Shown one piece after another: positions 9,069-18,324 of a stretch of DNA of 64,000 nt. Origin of the DNA: an uncultured bacterium (lineage in GTDB: Bacteria; Patescibacteriota; Minisyncoccia; Phycocordibacterales; PALSA-1337); assembly GCA_963848635.1 (NCBI GenBank), contig CAWKEA010000006.1, forward strand, positions 4,419 to 68,418, in the 5' to 3' direction. The notes beneath the pieces were generated by a model, which saw only the letters and a program-made list of their open reading frames with translations, did no database searches and was not told the DNA's origin. Numbering within the stretch: the first letter of the stretch is position 1; each line of letters begins with the position of its first letter. Both the position numbers and the translations under genes were made by a program.

Positions 9069-10745
9069 ATGGAGAAACCGCCAGTATTCTTGAAGGATTT
9101 TTCAAAAGAAACCGCTCAAAATGAGCGTGACGCATTGGCGCAGTCAATCAGAGAAAAACGCAGTCAACATTTTGAAGAGAAAAGTATCGAAGAGGAAGAA
9201 AAAATTAAGAAAGTTGAAAAAATAAAGGAGCTTTCAGCAGACATTGAGCGTTTATCTGGAACAGCGGTTGGTAAGGTTCTTAACTATTTTCAACTTCGTA
9301 AAGTGAAAGCGGAACTTGCAAATATCTACGAAGAAACTGATCCACATGCTTCAAGCAATGAAAAAATTGAGATGCGAGTTCCATCAGAATTTGAGGATGC
9401 TAAAAATATGGTCGAGCGATTTTATTCAGAACAGGTTAAACAATGGCAGGAAGCTGACTATACAAAGGAAGACATCGAAAAATACTTCACTGAAGAAAAT
9501 TTAGCTTCCTTATCAATCGAAGAATACGCCATTCTTCTTAAGCGTTTTCCTAATCAGACAGTTAGTCATGTTACTCGACAAGGAGTAAGAGATCATTTCA
9601 GTATGTGGGAACATTCGGCTGGCTTGGGAAGATATTGGAATGGATTTAAGAATATTACTGATCATGGAAAATTACAAAATGCTTTATCAATTGAAGTCAT
9701 AGATCAAGAGAAAGAGAAGAAAATTGCAGAGTTTCTCCAACTTGATCTTATTGATACCAAGGAGGAAGCGCTGAAAAATCTGGATGAATTTGCTGGCGAT
9801 CGCCTTGCTACTGCTGGAAAATTTGCTGACAGAAAATCAATTCATTTTGCAGCTGAAGAGGTCGCAGATGCATTTTACGGAGCAGAATCTGGAAATGAAA
9901 TATTTTTCATGTTTCCTGCAGCTTTTATTGCCTCACAATATCATTTTAAAGGTTCTTTGGATGGTAGAAGGGGCGATAAATATAATGATGTTTGGGTGTA
10001 TCAGAAAGAACAACAAGGAGTTAATATAAATGCCGGTATCGCCTTTATTCCTAATTCGGTTCAAGTTGACAGAAAAACAGGATCACGATATGAGATTAAC
10101 GATAAAGGAGAAGCCTCGGCCAATGAGGATTATACGAAAAAGATTACTGAATTAGTCCAGAATCCAGATTTTTTAAAATTATCCGATGAAGTTACTCCTA
10201 TTTTAGGAAAAATGAATGGCGACAGCTTAAGTCAGGCCGAAAAAGAAGCTCAAAAGAAAGTTGATGGATATAAGCAAAGACTGGCAAGTGAATTTGGTCT
10301 TATCGATCATAAACTTCAAAAAGCGGTCATGGATTATCATTTCCTAGTTTCCTTGCCTCGCACTATACAAGAAAATCGGCTTGGTGAAGAAGTAAAACAA
10401 TTATTGATCGATAATAGAATCTATTTTAAATTTACAGAGTCAGACCTCATATCCGCAAAAGAATATTGGGAGAATTACTTCAAAGAACATCCCGATAAGA
10501 TGCCGTCAAAAATTGTTTATTATGAGGGAAATGATCCAACAGAAGCACTCAACGAATGGAAACAGAAAAATGGTTTAAGAAAAGAAGTTAAGAATCCTAC
10601 GGATAAAACAGATATGCAATTCCCAGAGAATAGTACTGATTTTGGTCTCAGTTCAGGTAAAGTGCCAGAAGAAGTGGCGATTGAAAGTGACAGGTTTAAG
10701 ACCTTAGCCACTAAGGTTATTGATGATTATTATGCGAAAAAATAA
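9069..10745 (+). CDS. hypothetical protein (558 aa, K/E-rich, no recognised domain)
   Basis: Long intact ORF in an AT-rich accessory segment. No motif recognised. Confidence 0.6.
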   Translation: MEKPPVFLKDFSKETAQNERDALAQSIREKRSQHFEEKSIEEEEKIKKVEKIKELSADIERLSGTAVGKVLNYFQLRKVKAELANIYEETDPHASSNEKIEMRVPSEFEDAKNMVERFYSEQVKQWQEADYTKEDIEKYFTEENLASLSIEEYAILLKRFPNQTVSHVTRQGVRDHFSMWEHSAGLGRYWNGFKNITDHGKLQNALSIEVIDQEKEKKIAEFLQLDLIDTKEEALKNLDEFAGDRLATAGKFADRKSIHFAAEEVADAFYGAESGNEIFFMFPAAFIASQYHFKGSLDGRRGDKYNDVWVYQKEQQGVNINAGIAFIPNSVQVDRKTGSRYEINDKGEASANEDYTKKITELVQNPDFLKLSDEVTPILGKMNGDSLSQAEKEAQKKVDGYKQRLASEFGLIDHKLQKAVMDYHFLVSLPRTIQENRLGEEVKQLLIDNRIYFKFTESDLISAKEYWENYFKEHPDKMPSKIVYYEGNDPTEALNEWKQKNGLRKEVKNPTDKTDMQFPENSTDFGLSSGKVPEEVAIESDRFKTLATKVIDDYYAKK

Positions 10746-10911
10746 GCTTAACTATTAATTTTTAAGGTTTAAATACGTTCCCACTTTGTCCCAAGTGCGA
10801 TCCCTTTCTTGCTTGCTATGGTCGCTTGTGGCGTGAGTTTGGCCTGATAATCGTGATCTACTCCGAAGCCTATGAAAATCCTTGAAACGCTTGCTTTTAC
10901 CCCCTATGCGT

Positions 10912-10940
10912 AGGTTCTAACGTCATTCAACATACGGAGC
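10912..10940 (+). repeat. intergenic repeat family A copy, paired with an inverted partial copy at 10989..11002
   Basis: aggttctaacgtcattcaacatacggagc; about 48 nt later ggacgttagaacct gives a 13/14 inverted match to the first 14 nt. Confidence 0.6.
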
Positions 10941-11232
10941 ACTCGATTTTAACCTTGATTTATCTACGTATTTTTTTATACGTAAGCAGGACGTTAGAAC
11001 CTAAATAACGAGATCTAGTGCAACTATACTTGTTCATAGATGATAAAAATTGTTCGTGATATAATTCAGTCATAATATCTATGGATCCAGGAGCAATTTT
11101 TACACTAATATTTAATGGGATTGTAGTTTGTATATCAGCGTTCATTGTTTGTTTTATATGCGGCACAGTTCTTCTTGTTAAGTCAGGAAAAATTCAAGAA
11201 ATCACTCAAAAAGAAGATACCGATGGTTTGCT

Positions 11233-11841
11233 GTGTTTAGCTTCTTTTTGCCTTTCGTTCTACCTTTTATCCTAATATTTTCATATTACCAGTTTAAAAA
11301 CATCACTCGATCAAATTACACAAGTAATGTGAGTGTCCAAGAAGTAAGTAGTATACCAGCTGACATAAAGGTACCAAAATTACCTGAAGCTCAAATTAGC
11401 GATGAGCTTTGGAATAAGATTATTAAGCAGTCGAATGACATAGAAGCTGCTTTTACTCCTTATGAAGATGCACAAGGTAATATATATCTTATGGAAGAAG
11501 CAATGGGATCTCCGGGTTGGTTATGCAAAGTTTGGTATGTAGATAATGATAATCCTGAGTTAGTGAATGCAGAAACGAATAATGTCGGTTGTACTGGACT
11601 GTATACAGATAATAATGGTAACTGGTTTCTAGTTGATACTTTTGCTGGCGGTTATAAACTTGAAGGAGCTAAAGCTTTGTATATACCAAGCCTAAACCTA
11701 AATCTTAACGATCCCAACCTATATTTTGGAAATTTATCATATGATTCAAATACAGGCGTGTGGTATGCCACAACCGTAGACACGACAAATGCTCCTAGTG
11801 ACATATCACATTACTATAAAATTAATTTCGGGAATAATTAA
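11233..11841 (+). CDS. hypothetical protein with hydrophobic N-terminus
   Basis: 202-aa ORF with a GTG start. It overlaps the upstream 64-aa hydrophobic ORF 11081..11275 in another frame, so a frameshifted single gene is possible. Confidence 0.35.
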   Translation: MFSFFLPFVLPFILIFSYYQFKNITRSNYTSNVSVQEVSSIPADIKVPKLPEAQISDELWNKIIKQSNDIEAAFTPYEDAQGNIYLMEEAMGSPGWLCKVWYVDNDNPELVNAETNNVGCTGLYTDNNGNWFLVDTFAGGYKLEGAKALYIPSLNLNLNDPNLYFGNLSYDSNTGVWYATTVDTTNAPSDISHYYKINFGNN

Positions 11842-11866
11842 ATACCTGTGTTTACTTGTTAAACAC

Positions 11867-11895
11867 AGGTTCTAACGTCGTTCAACATGCGGAGC
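11867..11895 (+). repeat. intergenic repeat family A copy, immediately after a 9-bp-stem hairpin
   Basis: aggttctaacgtcgttcaacatgcggagc preceded by CCTGTGTTTacttgttAAACACAGG. Confidence 0.6.
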
Positions 11896-11973
11896 CATTA
11901 CAAAAGTCGCACAATGTCTTTTGTTGGCTATGGGTGTACAGGCTGTTGAGCTAGCTGATGAGATATGAAAATA

Positions 11974-13070
11974 GGCAACTAGAACTTAAGTTTTAATAAT
12001 TCTCGAGGAATATTTTGATATAATTTGCACATGAAAAAAAGAAACAAAAAAGACTCACAAATTGTGACCGTCATGAGATTCATATATTAATCAGAAAGGG
12101 ATATACTCAAAGTGAGATTGCTGACAGAATTGGAGTAACACAAGGTGCGATCTCATATGAAATCAATCAGAAGACAAGAGATGATCGTTTGTACGATTCA
12201 GAATACTCAAGACACGTCACATACGTTCGTAAGCATCACAAACGTACTCGTGGCAATACGATTGCAGAACACCCAGATCTTCGAAAGACAGTAACCGAAT
12301 ATCTAATGGACGACCAATCACCAGAACTGCTCTCTGGAAGGCTTAGAAAGCTTCATGCAGATATTCCATACGTATCAGGCAGAACGATCCGTAAATTCAT
12401 CAAAAGTCCATATGGAAGAAGAATCGAAGCAAAGAGAAACAAAATCCACAGAAGAAGAGGTAAAAGAAGGTTGAAATTTGAAATCACTAACAAACGTATG
12501 ATCGACAAAAGACCAAAGTATATCAAGGACAGAAAGAGAATCGGTGATACCGAGGGTGACTTCATTGCTTCAGGTAAAACTGGTCTGGGTATGCTTCTAG
12601 TTGTAACTGACAGAAAGAGTCGTGCACCATTCCTTGAGAAGATATGTCCTGTATCAATCAGGACGATGGAAAATGGTTTCAGAAGAATCAAAAGACGTTT
12701 TCCTGAGTTAAAAACAGTAACTCTCGACAATGATATCTTGTTCATCCACCACAAAGAGCTCGAGAGGAAATTCCATATCAAAATCTACTTCTGTCACAAG
12801 CACTCACCTTGGGAAAAACCACTAGTGGAGAACAGAAACAAACTGATTAGAAGATACATTCCTAAAGGATCTGACATTTCAAGATATACACGCTATTACA
12901 TTCAAAAATTGGAAGCAAAATTGCAGAGACGCATCATGAAATGTTTAGACTACAAATTACCCAAGGAAATACTCGAAGAACATCGTAAACGAAAAAAGAA
13001 GCCCTAATCGCTTCCTTTCTGTTAGATTTTCCTTCTTAGAAAAATATTAAAACGTGGGGTGTGGGTGCCA
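11974..13070 (+). mobile_element. IS30-family insertion sequence, copy 1 (1097 bp); identical to 48344..49440
   Basis: The 1097-bp segment is 100% identical to the second copy. Imperfect terminal inverted repeats GGCAACTAGAACTTAAGTTTTAATA and ...TATTAAAACGTGGGGTGTGGGTGCCA. The flanking sequence differs between the two copies. Confidence 0.85.
12031..13007 (+). CDS. IS30-family transposase (HTH_38 plus DDE); ATG followed by an A7 run, main frame is -1 relative to the ATG
   Basis: The in-frame region upstream of the tracked ORF encodes an IS30-type HTH (LTNCDRHEIHILIRKGYTQSEIADRIGVTQGAISYEINQ). DDE-region signatures: VVTDRKSR, TLDNDILF, HSPWEKPLVENRNKLIRRYIPKG. The only start is ATG at 12031, in the +1 frame followed by AAAAAAA. 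One extra A, or a -1 slip, gives a continuous 325-aa protein. Confidence 0.8.
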
Positions 13071-13175
13071 TAGCCCTTATTTTAAGGCCAAATCATATAA
13101 CTTGCTAAAAAGCAATAGATGATGTATTATTTGTCGCGGTAGTACAACGAAAACAACAAACAGAAAGGATAATAA

Positions 13176-14141
13176 ATGAAACTTGCACTCTCCGTTTTAA
13201 CAGGGACCATGATAATCATCCTCTGCGGATGTGATCAAGACAATGACCCAAATCAGGGTTCCAACGTGAACCCCTCTCCGACGTTACGGAATGACAGTAT
13301 CAATAAAGTAAGCGCCTCAGCGTCGGCCCCAAGGACAGAAAGCATCACTGGTCGTCTCGGACTTCCGGATGATTATTTTCCTACGGCAGTCGGTACACGC
13401 TGGGTCTATAACGTTTCGATTCCTGATATTACGAATAATTCGCCGCTCACGCATCGTATCACCGTATGGCCTCTCGGCAACCGTGGAATAGAACAAGAGA
13501 CGCGGGGACGCCTCTTTCTTTTCAAGAATCCCAAAGATGGCCGTACTCTGCTGACGATTTCAGTCGCCTACGCTACCAATCGTCAAGGGCCTCTTCAGTA
13601 TCCGGAAAGTTACGCGCTCAAGATTGAACGAGACGACTTCGAAATATTCGAACGGGGTACCAGTCTTCTTTTGGCTATCAGTAGAGCCGAAGGCTACGAA
13701 GCTGATCTGATCGGGTTATACGATCCGGAAGAAACATCGGGATCACCGAGAGCAGGCGGAGGGTGGTGCTTATACGGCGAAGAACCGGGATACTCCATAC
13801 GGATCCATTTTTTCACCACCAAGCCCGGAATATCCAAGGGTCTCGAAGGTGAGAATGATTCGACGCTCTTCATCGGTCCGGAGAAATATTCCGGTGTCCA
13901 ATGCCTACATTTCCGGCGTGTCGTAGATGCCGCAAAACATGATTCTAACAAAGATTCAAAGGATTATGGAAGTGGGATCTTAGACTCCGGCTTCAGCGAA
14001 GACATGTGGTTCGCCAAAGGGTACGGCTTGGCAAAATTAGTTCAGGTTGTGGACAATCAGGTCACCATGACATGGACACTTGCCGGCGCGCCGGACGTCG
14101 GCGATGCACATCCCGATCTCAAAAAACTCTGGGATAAATGA
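13176..14141 (+). CDS. putative lipoprotein (signal peptide plus Cys)
   Basis: MKLALSVLTGTMIIILCGCDQ has a lipobox-like sequence; no other domain recognised. Confidence 0.55.
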   Translation: MKLALSVLTGTMIIILCGCDQDNDPNQGSNVNPSPTLRNDSINKVSASASAPRTESITGRLGLPDDYFPTAVGTRWVYNVSIPDITNNSPLTHRITVWPLGNRGIEQETRGRLFLFKNPKDGRTLLTISVAYATNRQGPLQYPESYALKIERDDFEIFERGTSLLLAISRAEGYEADLIGLYDPEETSGSPRAGGGWCLYGEEPGYSIRIHFFTTKPGISKGLEGENDSTLFIGPEKYSGVQCLHFRRVVDAAKHDSNKDSKDYGSGILDSGFSEDMWFAKGYGLAKLVQVVDNQVTMTWTLAGAPDVGDAHPDLKKLWDK

Positions 14142-14352
14142 GTAAGATGATTATTCGATAGTAATATTGAAACTCAGCCCTGCATTCGTGCGAGGGCTTT
14201 TCATTTTATATCTCTGTCCTCCCCGTCGCCTTCATAAACAGCAACTGATTATAGAGTCCTGACATGTAAGCAGGTCATTCGGACCTAGAGATGATCCGGA
14301 AATAAAAACAGCGGAATCCGTAGACTCCGCTGTGATATTGTCCAAGAACCGC

Positions 14353-14700
14353 TCAAACTCCCAATTTCTGACGAAGGTCTGAAAATTCGAAAGGCTTGGC
14401 GAGAACGACTGCTCCCAGAGACTCAGCCTCACGAATTACCTCATTAGTTAGAGTGCCGCTCATGAGACAAAGACGAACAGTCCAGGAGGCGGAACTGATA
14501 TGCCTCAACACCTTGAGACCGCTGTCTGTTTCTTCCATCTGCAAGTCGGTGATAATCGCGCCGACATCAGGGTTAGTGTTAAAGACCTGAATAGCATGTT
14601 CGCCACTCTCCGCTTCAATTACTTGGTGATTCAGTCTCACCAGGTAAATGGCTAATGGTTTACGGAGGCTGGAATTGTCGTCGATAAGTATTATTTTCAT
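14353..14700 (-). CDS. single-domain response regulator (CheY-like receiver)
   Basis: MKIILIDDNSSLRKPL...ITDLQMEETDSGLKVLRHI carries the conserved Asp pocket pattern. Only 115 aa. Confidence 0.8.
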   Translation of the reverse strand: MKIILIDDNSSLRKPLAIYLVRLNHQVIEAESGEHAIQVFNTNPDVGAIITDLQMEETDSGLKVLRHISSASWTVRLCLMSGTLTNEVIREAESLGAVVLAKPFEFSDLRQKLGV

Positions 14701-14743
14701 TAATTTTCAGGGTTTATTGTAAAAAACAAGGTTTACTGGTTCC

Positions 14744-14772
14744 ATAATAGCATTTATATATATGTGTGTCAA
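14744..14772 (-). promoter_or_regulatory. sigma-70-type promoter for the response-regulator gene
   Basis: The minus strand reads TTGACA, a 17-bp spacer, then TATTAT. Confidence 0.4.
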
Positions 14773-14825
14773 TACCTCCGTAGGGGGGGGTACATTTACG
14801 GTCGGGCTCCGACAAATAGTTCATT

Positions 14826-14862
14826 ATAGGAAAAGACCGTCGGGCATGCGCGCGACGGTCTG
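14826..14862 (-). terminator. rho-independent terminator after the sigma factor gene
   Basis: Minus strand: GACCGTCGcgcgcatgccCGACGGTC followed by TTTTCCT. Confidence 0.5.
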
Positions 14863-14881
14863 TGTTGGAAAACTTTCAACT

Positions 14882-16153
14882 TCAACAAGCATTCTTCCTT
14901 GCTCCCTTTTTTCTTTTTGATGGCACTCGAAGGTACTTGCCAGTCATGAGCGTCTTGAGCTTGTGGAGAACTGCGGCCTCCAATTGGCGTATCCGCTCGC
15001 GAGTGATGCCGAATGATTTGCTGATTTGTTCGAGGGTCATGCCATCGCCGCCATCGTCAAGACCAAACCTTAGACGCACTATCTCGCGATCGCGCGACGG
15101 CAACTTCGAGACAAAATCGAGCATTCGGTCATGATCAGACCGAGCACTAGAATTTTCCGAAGGATCAGCCGCCCCTTCATCGAAGATAAAATCAGCAAGC
15201 GTGCCGTCGCTTTCATCTCCGACTGGGGAATCTAACTGAGCAGGTTTCATGATCGCCAACTTCATCAGCCCCACTTTTTCAGTCTCGATTCCAAGCTCTT
15301 CTGCGACCTCTTCGTCAGTCGGCCAACGTTCGAGCTCCTGTTGGAGCTTGGCAATCGCACGATTCATGCGAGTGATCTTATCGATCGCGTGCACTGGCAG
15401 ACGGATGTCTCGCGATTGATTCGCAATGGCAAGCTTTATGGTCTGCTGGATCCAGAATGTCGCATACGTGGAGAGCTTTGCTCCTCTTCCAGGTGCAAAT
15501 TTATCGATCGCCCTCATAAGACCGATGTTCCCTTCATTGATGAGGTCAAGGAGAGGCAGACCAAAGCTCTGATATCGTCGTGCGATTGTGACGACCAGAC
15601 GCAGATTCGCGCCGATCATCTGTTGACGTGCGGCTTCATCGCCGTTTTTGATCCGTCCGGCTAACTCGATCTCCTGTTCCGGTGTAATACGTGGAATCTG
15701 GCCAATATCCCGCAAATATTGACTTAGGGGATTTATATCGACTGACCGAACATAACTGGCGACCTCATCGATGCGCAAACTCGCGCATCCCAATGGTATG
15801 GCACCATTGGGTTTTGATTTTTTCACGGCGCCGTTCAGGCGAGCGCCATTGTCATGACTATGTGCGCCATTATGCTTGTTCAGAACGACAGGCCGAGGTT
15901 TTTCCGGCAGTATGCTTCCCTCACTTGTCAACCTAACCAATATGCCACGAGAGCCAAGAAAGCTGACAGCTCTGTCGATTGCATCGACGAGGCCGATGAA
16001 ATCGGACAAGACTTCCGTTCGCAAAAGCTGGCGGACCTGCCCTATGGTCATGGATCGCGCATTCTGTAAAACGGGCAGAGCTTCAGGCCTAAAGCCTAGC
16101 TCAACAACCCGTTGCTCGGTAATCGGCAGAGCGGCCGCATGATTTTCGTTCAT
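14882..16153 (-). CDS. RNA polymerase sigma factor, sigma-70 (RpoD/SigA-like) family
   Basis: Sigma-70 regions 2, 3 and 4 are all recognisable. Region 2 motifs: LRLVVTIARRY, DLINEGNIGLMRAIDKF, STYATFWIQQ. Region 4 helix-turn-helix: LEQISKSFGITRERIRQLE. Confidence 0.9.
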   Translation of the reverse strand: MNENHAAALPITEQRVVELGFRPEALPVLQNARSMTIGQVRQLLRTEVLSDFIGLVDAIDRAVSFLGSRGILVRLTSEGSILPEKPRPVVLNKHNGAHSHDNGARLNGAVKKSKPNGAIPLGCASLRIDEVASYVRSVDINPLSQYLRDIGQIPRITPEQEIELAGRIKNGDEAARQQMIGANLRLVVTIARRYQSFGLPLLDLINEGNIGLMRAIDKFAPGRGAKLSTYATFWIQQTIKLAIANQSRDIRLPVHAIDKITRMNRAIAKLQQELERWPTDEEVAEELGIETEKVGLMKLAIMKPAQLDSPVGDESDGTLADFIFDEGAADPSENSSARSDHDRMLDFVSKLPSRDREIVRLRFGLDDGGDGMTLEQISKSFGITRERIRQLEAAVLHKLKTLMTGKYLRVPSKRKKGARKNAC

Positions 16154-16337
16154 TCATTCCTCCAATATTTTGGGTTGTATTGTTCATGTGTCTGCCAGAA
16201 TACTCCATTATTTTGACATAAAAGTCAATGTCAACGAGATGACGTGCGCACATATGAGGGTTTTCTTCTCGAGTGAAAAAATGATCATACTCATGGCCAA
16301 AAAACAAATGAATCACTTCACCGCAAGCGGTAAGGAA

Positions 16338-16372
16338 TTCTATTGATTAAAAAAGCGCGGATGACGAGGCGT
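16338..16372 (-). terminator. rho-independent terminator after the ParB-like gene
   Basis: Minus strand: AGCGCGGAcgcctcgtcaTCCGCGCT followed by TTTTTT. Confidence 0.5.
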
Positions 16373-16395
16373 CCGCGCTGGTGTATGTAATCCAC

Positions 16396-17685
16396 TCATA
16401 ATGGCTTTTGGGCAGATTGTCCATTTTCATGGCTGACTCTGAGCAGTTTCCTCTTGAAGCCTTCAAGGGAAGCGAGGATGCCGTTCACCGATTGCACGGT
16501 CGAAGAACAAGCCGTCGCAGGATCCTTGCCGAGAAAGACTCGGATCTCATCCGCATTCAATGCTTCGAGAAAGACCATATCAGTCTCAGCAGTCCTCACT
16601 ATCCTCATGATGCGTGCCGCCTTGTCGCTCGGCTGTGCCTTTCTGCCCCGATGGGGAGACTTGGCGACATGGGGAGCGGCAAGCTCGATCACTTTGAACT
16701 GAACCAACCCAAGCGTGGGCTGTTTTCGAGCCTCTTCCCAGATATCCTTTTGAATATCCGGATCCGGTATCTTCGACAAAACACGAGCGACGCCGATACG
16801 CATCTGTTGCTTCTCGGGGATATTCCTGCGCAAAAGCAACCGAAGCGCCGGCGCCAGCTTCTGAAGCTGGAACGCCAAGCGTACCTGCGCTTCGCTCCTG
16901 CCGGTCGCTCGACAGATCTCCTGTATGGTCTTGCCAATAGCGAATGCCTTTGTGACGGCATTCGAGAATTCAAGCGGCGTATGATCGGCCCGTTGCAGAT
17001 TGGCGACGAATGACGCCCAGTATTGTTCGCCTTTGTTCTTGAAATACCGGACTTTCACGAACACCTGCTTTATCCCTGACAATTGTGCCGCACGGAACCG
17101 CCGTTCGCCGTCGACGAGCCTCCATTTCTTGCCGGGAACCCCTTCGAGCGGCGTGACGATCATATCCTGAAGCTGGCCTTCCTGATAAAGGCTTTCAGCC
17201 ATACTGGCACCGCTATCGAACTCTTCCCTCGGCTGACCATCGAATGGTTGGATCTCCGAAACGTCCACCCTGATGGTCTGGTTAGTCGATTGATCATCTG
17301 TGGTATCCTGCGGCAAAGCGCCGTTGCCATTCTTGTGAAATCCGCACAACTGCTCGGCGATGAACAATCGGATATGGAGATCGGCGATCTCGTCATGGAC
17401 AAACTGCGAGCTCGCTGATTCCCTGACTCGCCCAGTCGAGACTCTCGCCGCATTCGCACGCGCTATCATCCAACGATCTTGCCCTCCCTTTCTGCCGATG
17501 TTTCGTGCGATCCACTTGAAGGTCTTCAATATCTCGCCGTTCATTCCCTTGATCGTTCCTTGGATCGTCTGCCAATCATCGGTCGAAACAGAGAGATACG
17601 TTGCAGTAAATCCAGTCTTCGCGATTGCTTGCTCGCCATTCCACTCGTATGATTTGTTATTATCGCTCATGCTATGCCTTTCCAC
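16396..17685 (-). CDS. ParB-like nuclease/partition (ParB N-terminal domain) protein
   Basis: MIVTPLEGVPGKKWRLVDGERRFRAAQLSGIKQVFVKV matches the ParB/Srx N-domain GERRxRA signature. No parA is adjacent. Confidence 0.7.
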   Translation of the reverse strand: MERHSMSDNNKSYEWNGEQAIAKTGFTATYLSVSTDDWQTIQGTIKGMNGEILKTFKWIARNIGRKGGQDRWMIARANAARVSTGRVRESASSQFVHDEIADLHIRLFIAEQLCGFHKNGNGALPQDTTDDQSTNQTIRVDVSEIQPFDGQPREEFDSGASMAESLYQEGQLQDMIVTPLEGVPGKKWRLVDGERRFRAAQLSGIKQVFVKVRYFKNKGEQYWASFVANLQRADHTPLEFSNAVTKAFAIGKTIQEICRATGRSEAQVRLAFQLQKLAPALRLLLRRNIPEKQQMRIGVARVLSKIPDPDIQKDIWEEARKQPTLGLVQFKVIELAAPHVAKSPHRGRKAQPSDKAARIMRIVRTAETDMVFLEALNADEIRVFLGKDPATACSSTVQSVNGILASLEGFKRKLLRVSHENGQSAQKPL

Positions 17686-18130
17686 TATGTATTTTATTTA
17701 AAGAACCACTTTGTTTCAGAACACTCTAGCTACGATACTACTTTGAAAAATCATGTCAAGCAATTGGCATAAAAAGCGAACCAAGCCAGCTTGGCTGGCT
17801 GCTTGGCTGGCTTTACAATATACCAATGGAATATGTTACAATATCGCTTGGAGCACTTTCGGCTATGCAATACGTAACGTGCGTGACGTACATCAAGCTC
17901 CTTTAACATGCACTATCCAGACTTCTAGATCTGGCACAAAGCGTGGGTAGTTTGCCCATGCGGGATGCCGGGTTGTGGCATTTTGATTGAGCCCATTGCA
18001 GCTCACCGCGCCTCTGGAGAATCGGAAGTTGCCTACATGGAATGGAAGATCGTGGCTTCCGCTCGTGCTACCGCGAAGACGTCTCGTGGTGCACGCACCT
18101 CACCTGGTTGTCCGAAAGCAACCAGGCTTT

Positions 18131-18210
18131 TTTATTCCGTCTAGCGAGGAGCGGCGTGGCCGCTTGCGGACATGACGTCCGAGCGAAGACGGATCAAACG
18201 AGTAAATACT
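18131..18210 (+). repeat. GC-rich intergenic repeat family B, copy 1
   Basis: tttattccgtctagcgaggagcggcgtggccgcttgcggacatgacgtccgagcgaagacggatcaaacgagtaaat is about 80% identical to 29641..29714. Confidence 0.6.
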
Positions 18211-18291
18211 CCGCAACTTGTTGCGCGAAGTAGCGAAGCTTCCACTTCAATACCTCGTCAGCTCGCTACGAGGTAGTTTATTTAAACATAA

Positions 18292-18314
18292 ACGTCCTAA
18301 CGTCATTCAACAAT
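18292..18314 (+). repeat. intergenic repeat family A copy (variant), after a hairpin
   Basis: cgtcctaacgtcattcaacaatc preceded by TACCTCGTcagctcgctACGAGGTA. Confidence 0.5.
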
Positions 18315-18324
18315 CTTATTTCGT

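Noticed and set aside
16154-16260. Partial similarity (TGTCAACGAGATGACG, GACATAAAAGTCAATGTCAA) to the TGTCAAGATGTCATCTTGACA palindrome.
   Set aside because: Too degenerate to count as a third copy by eye; would need a formal pattern search.
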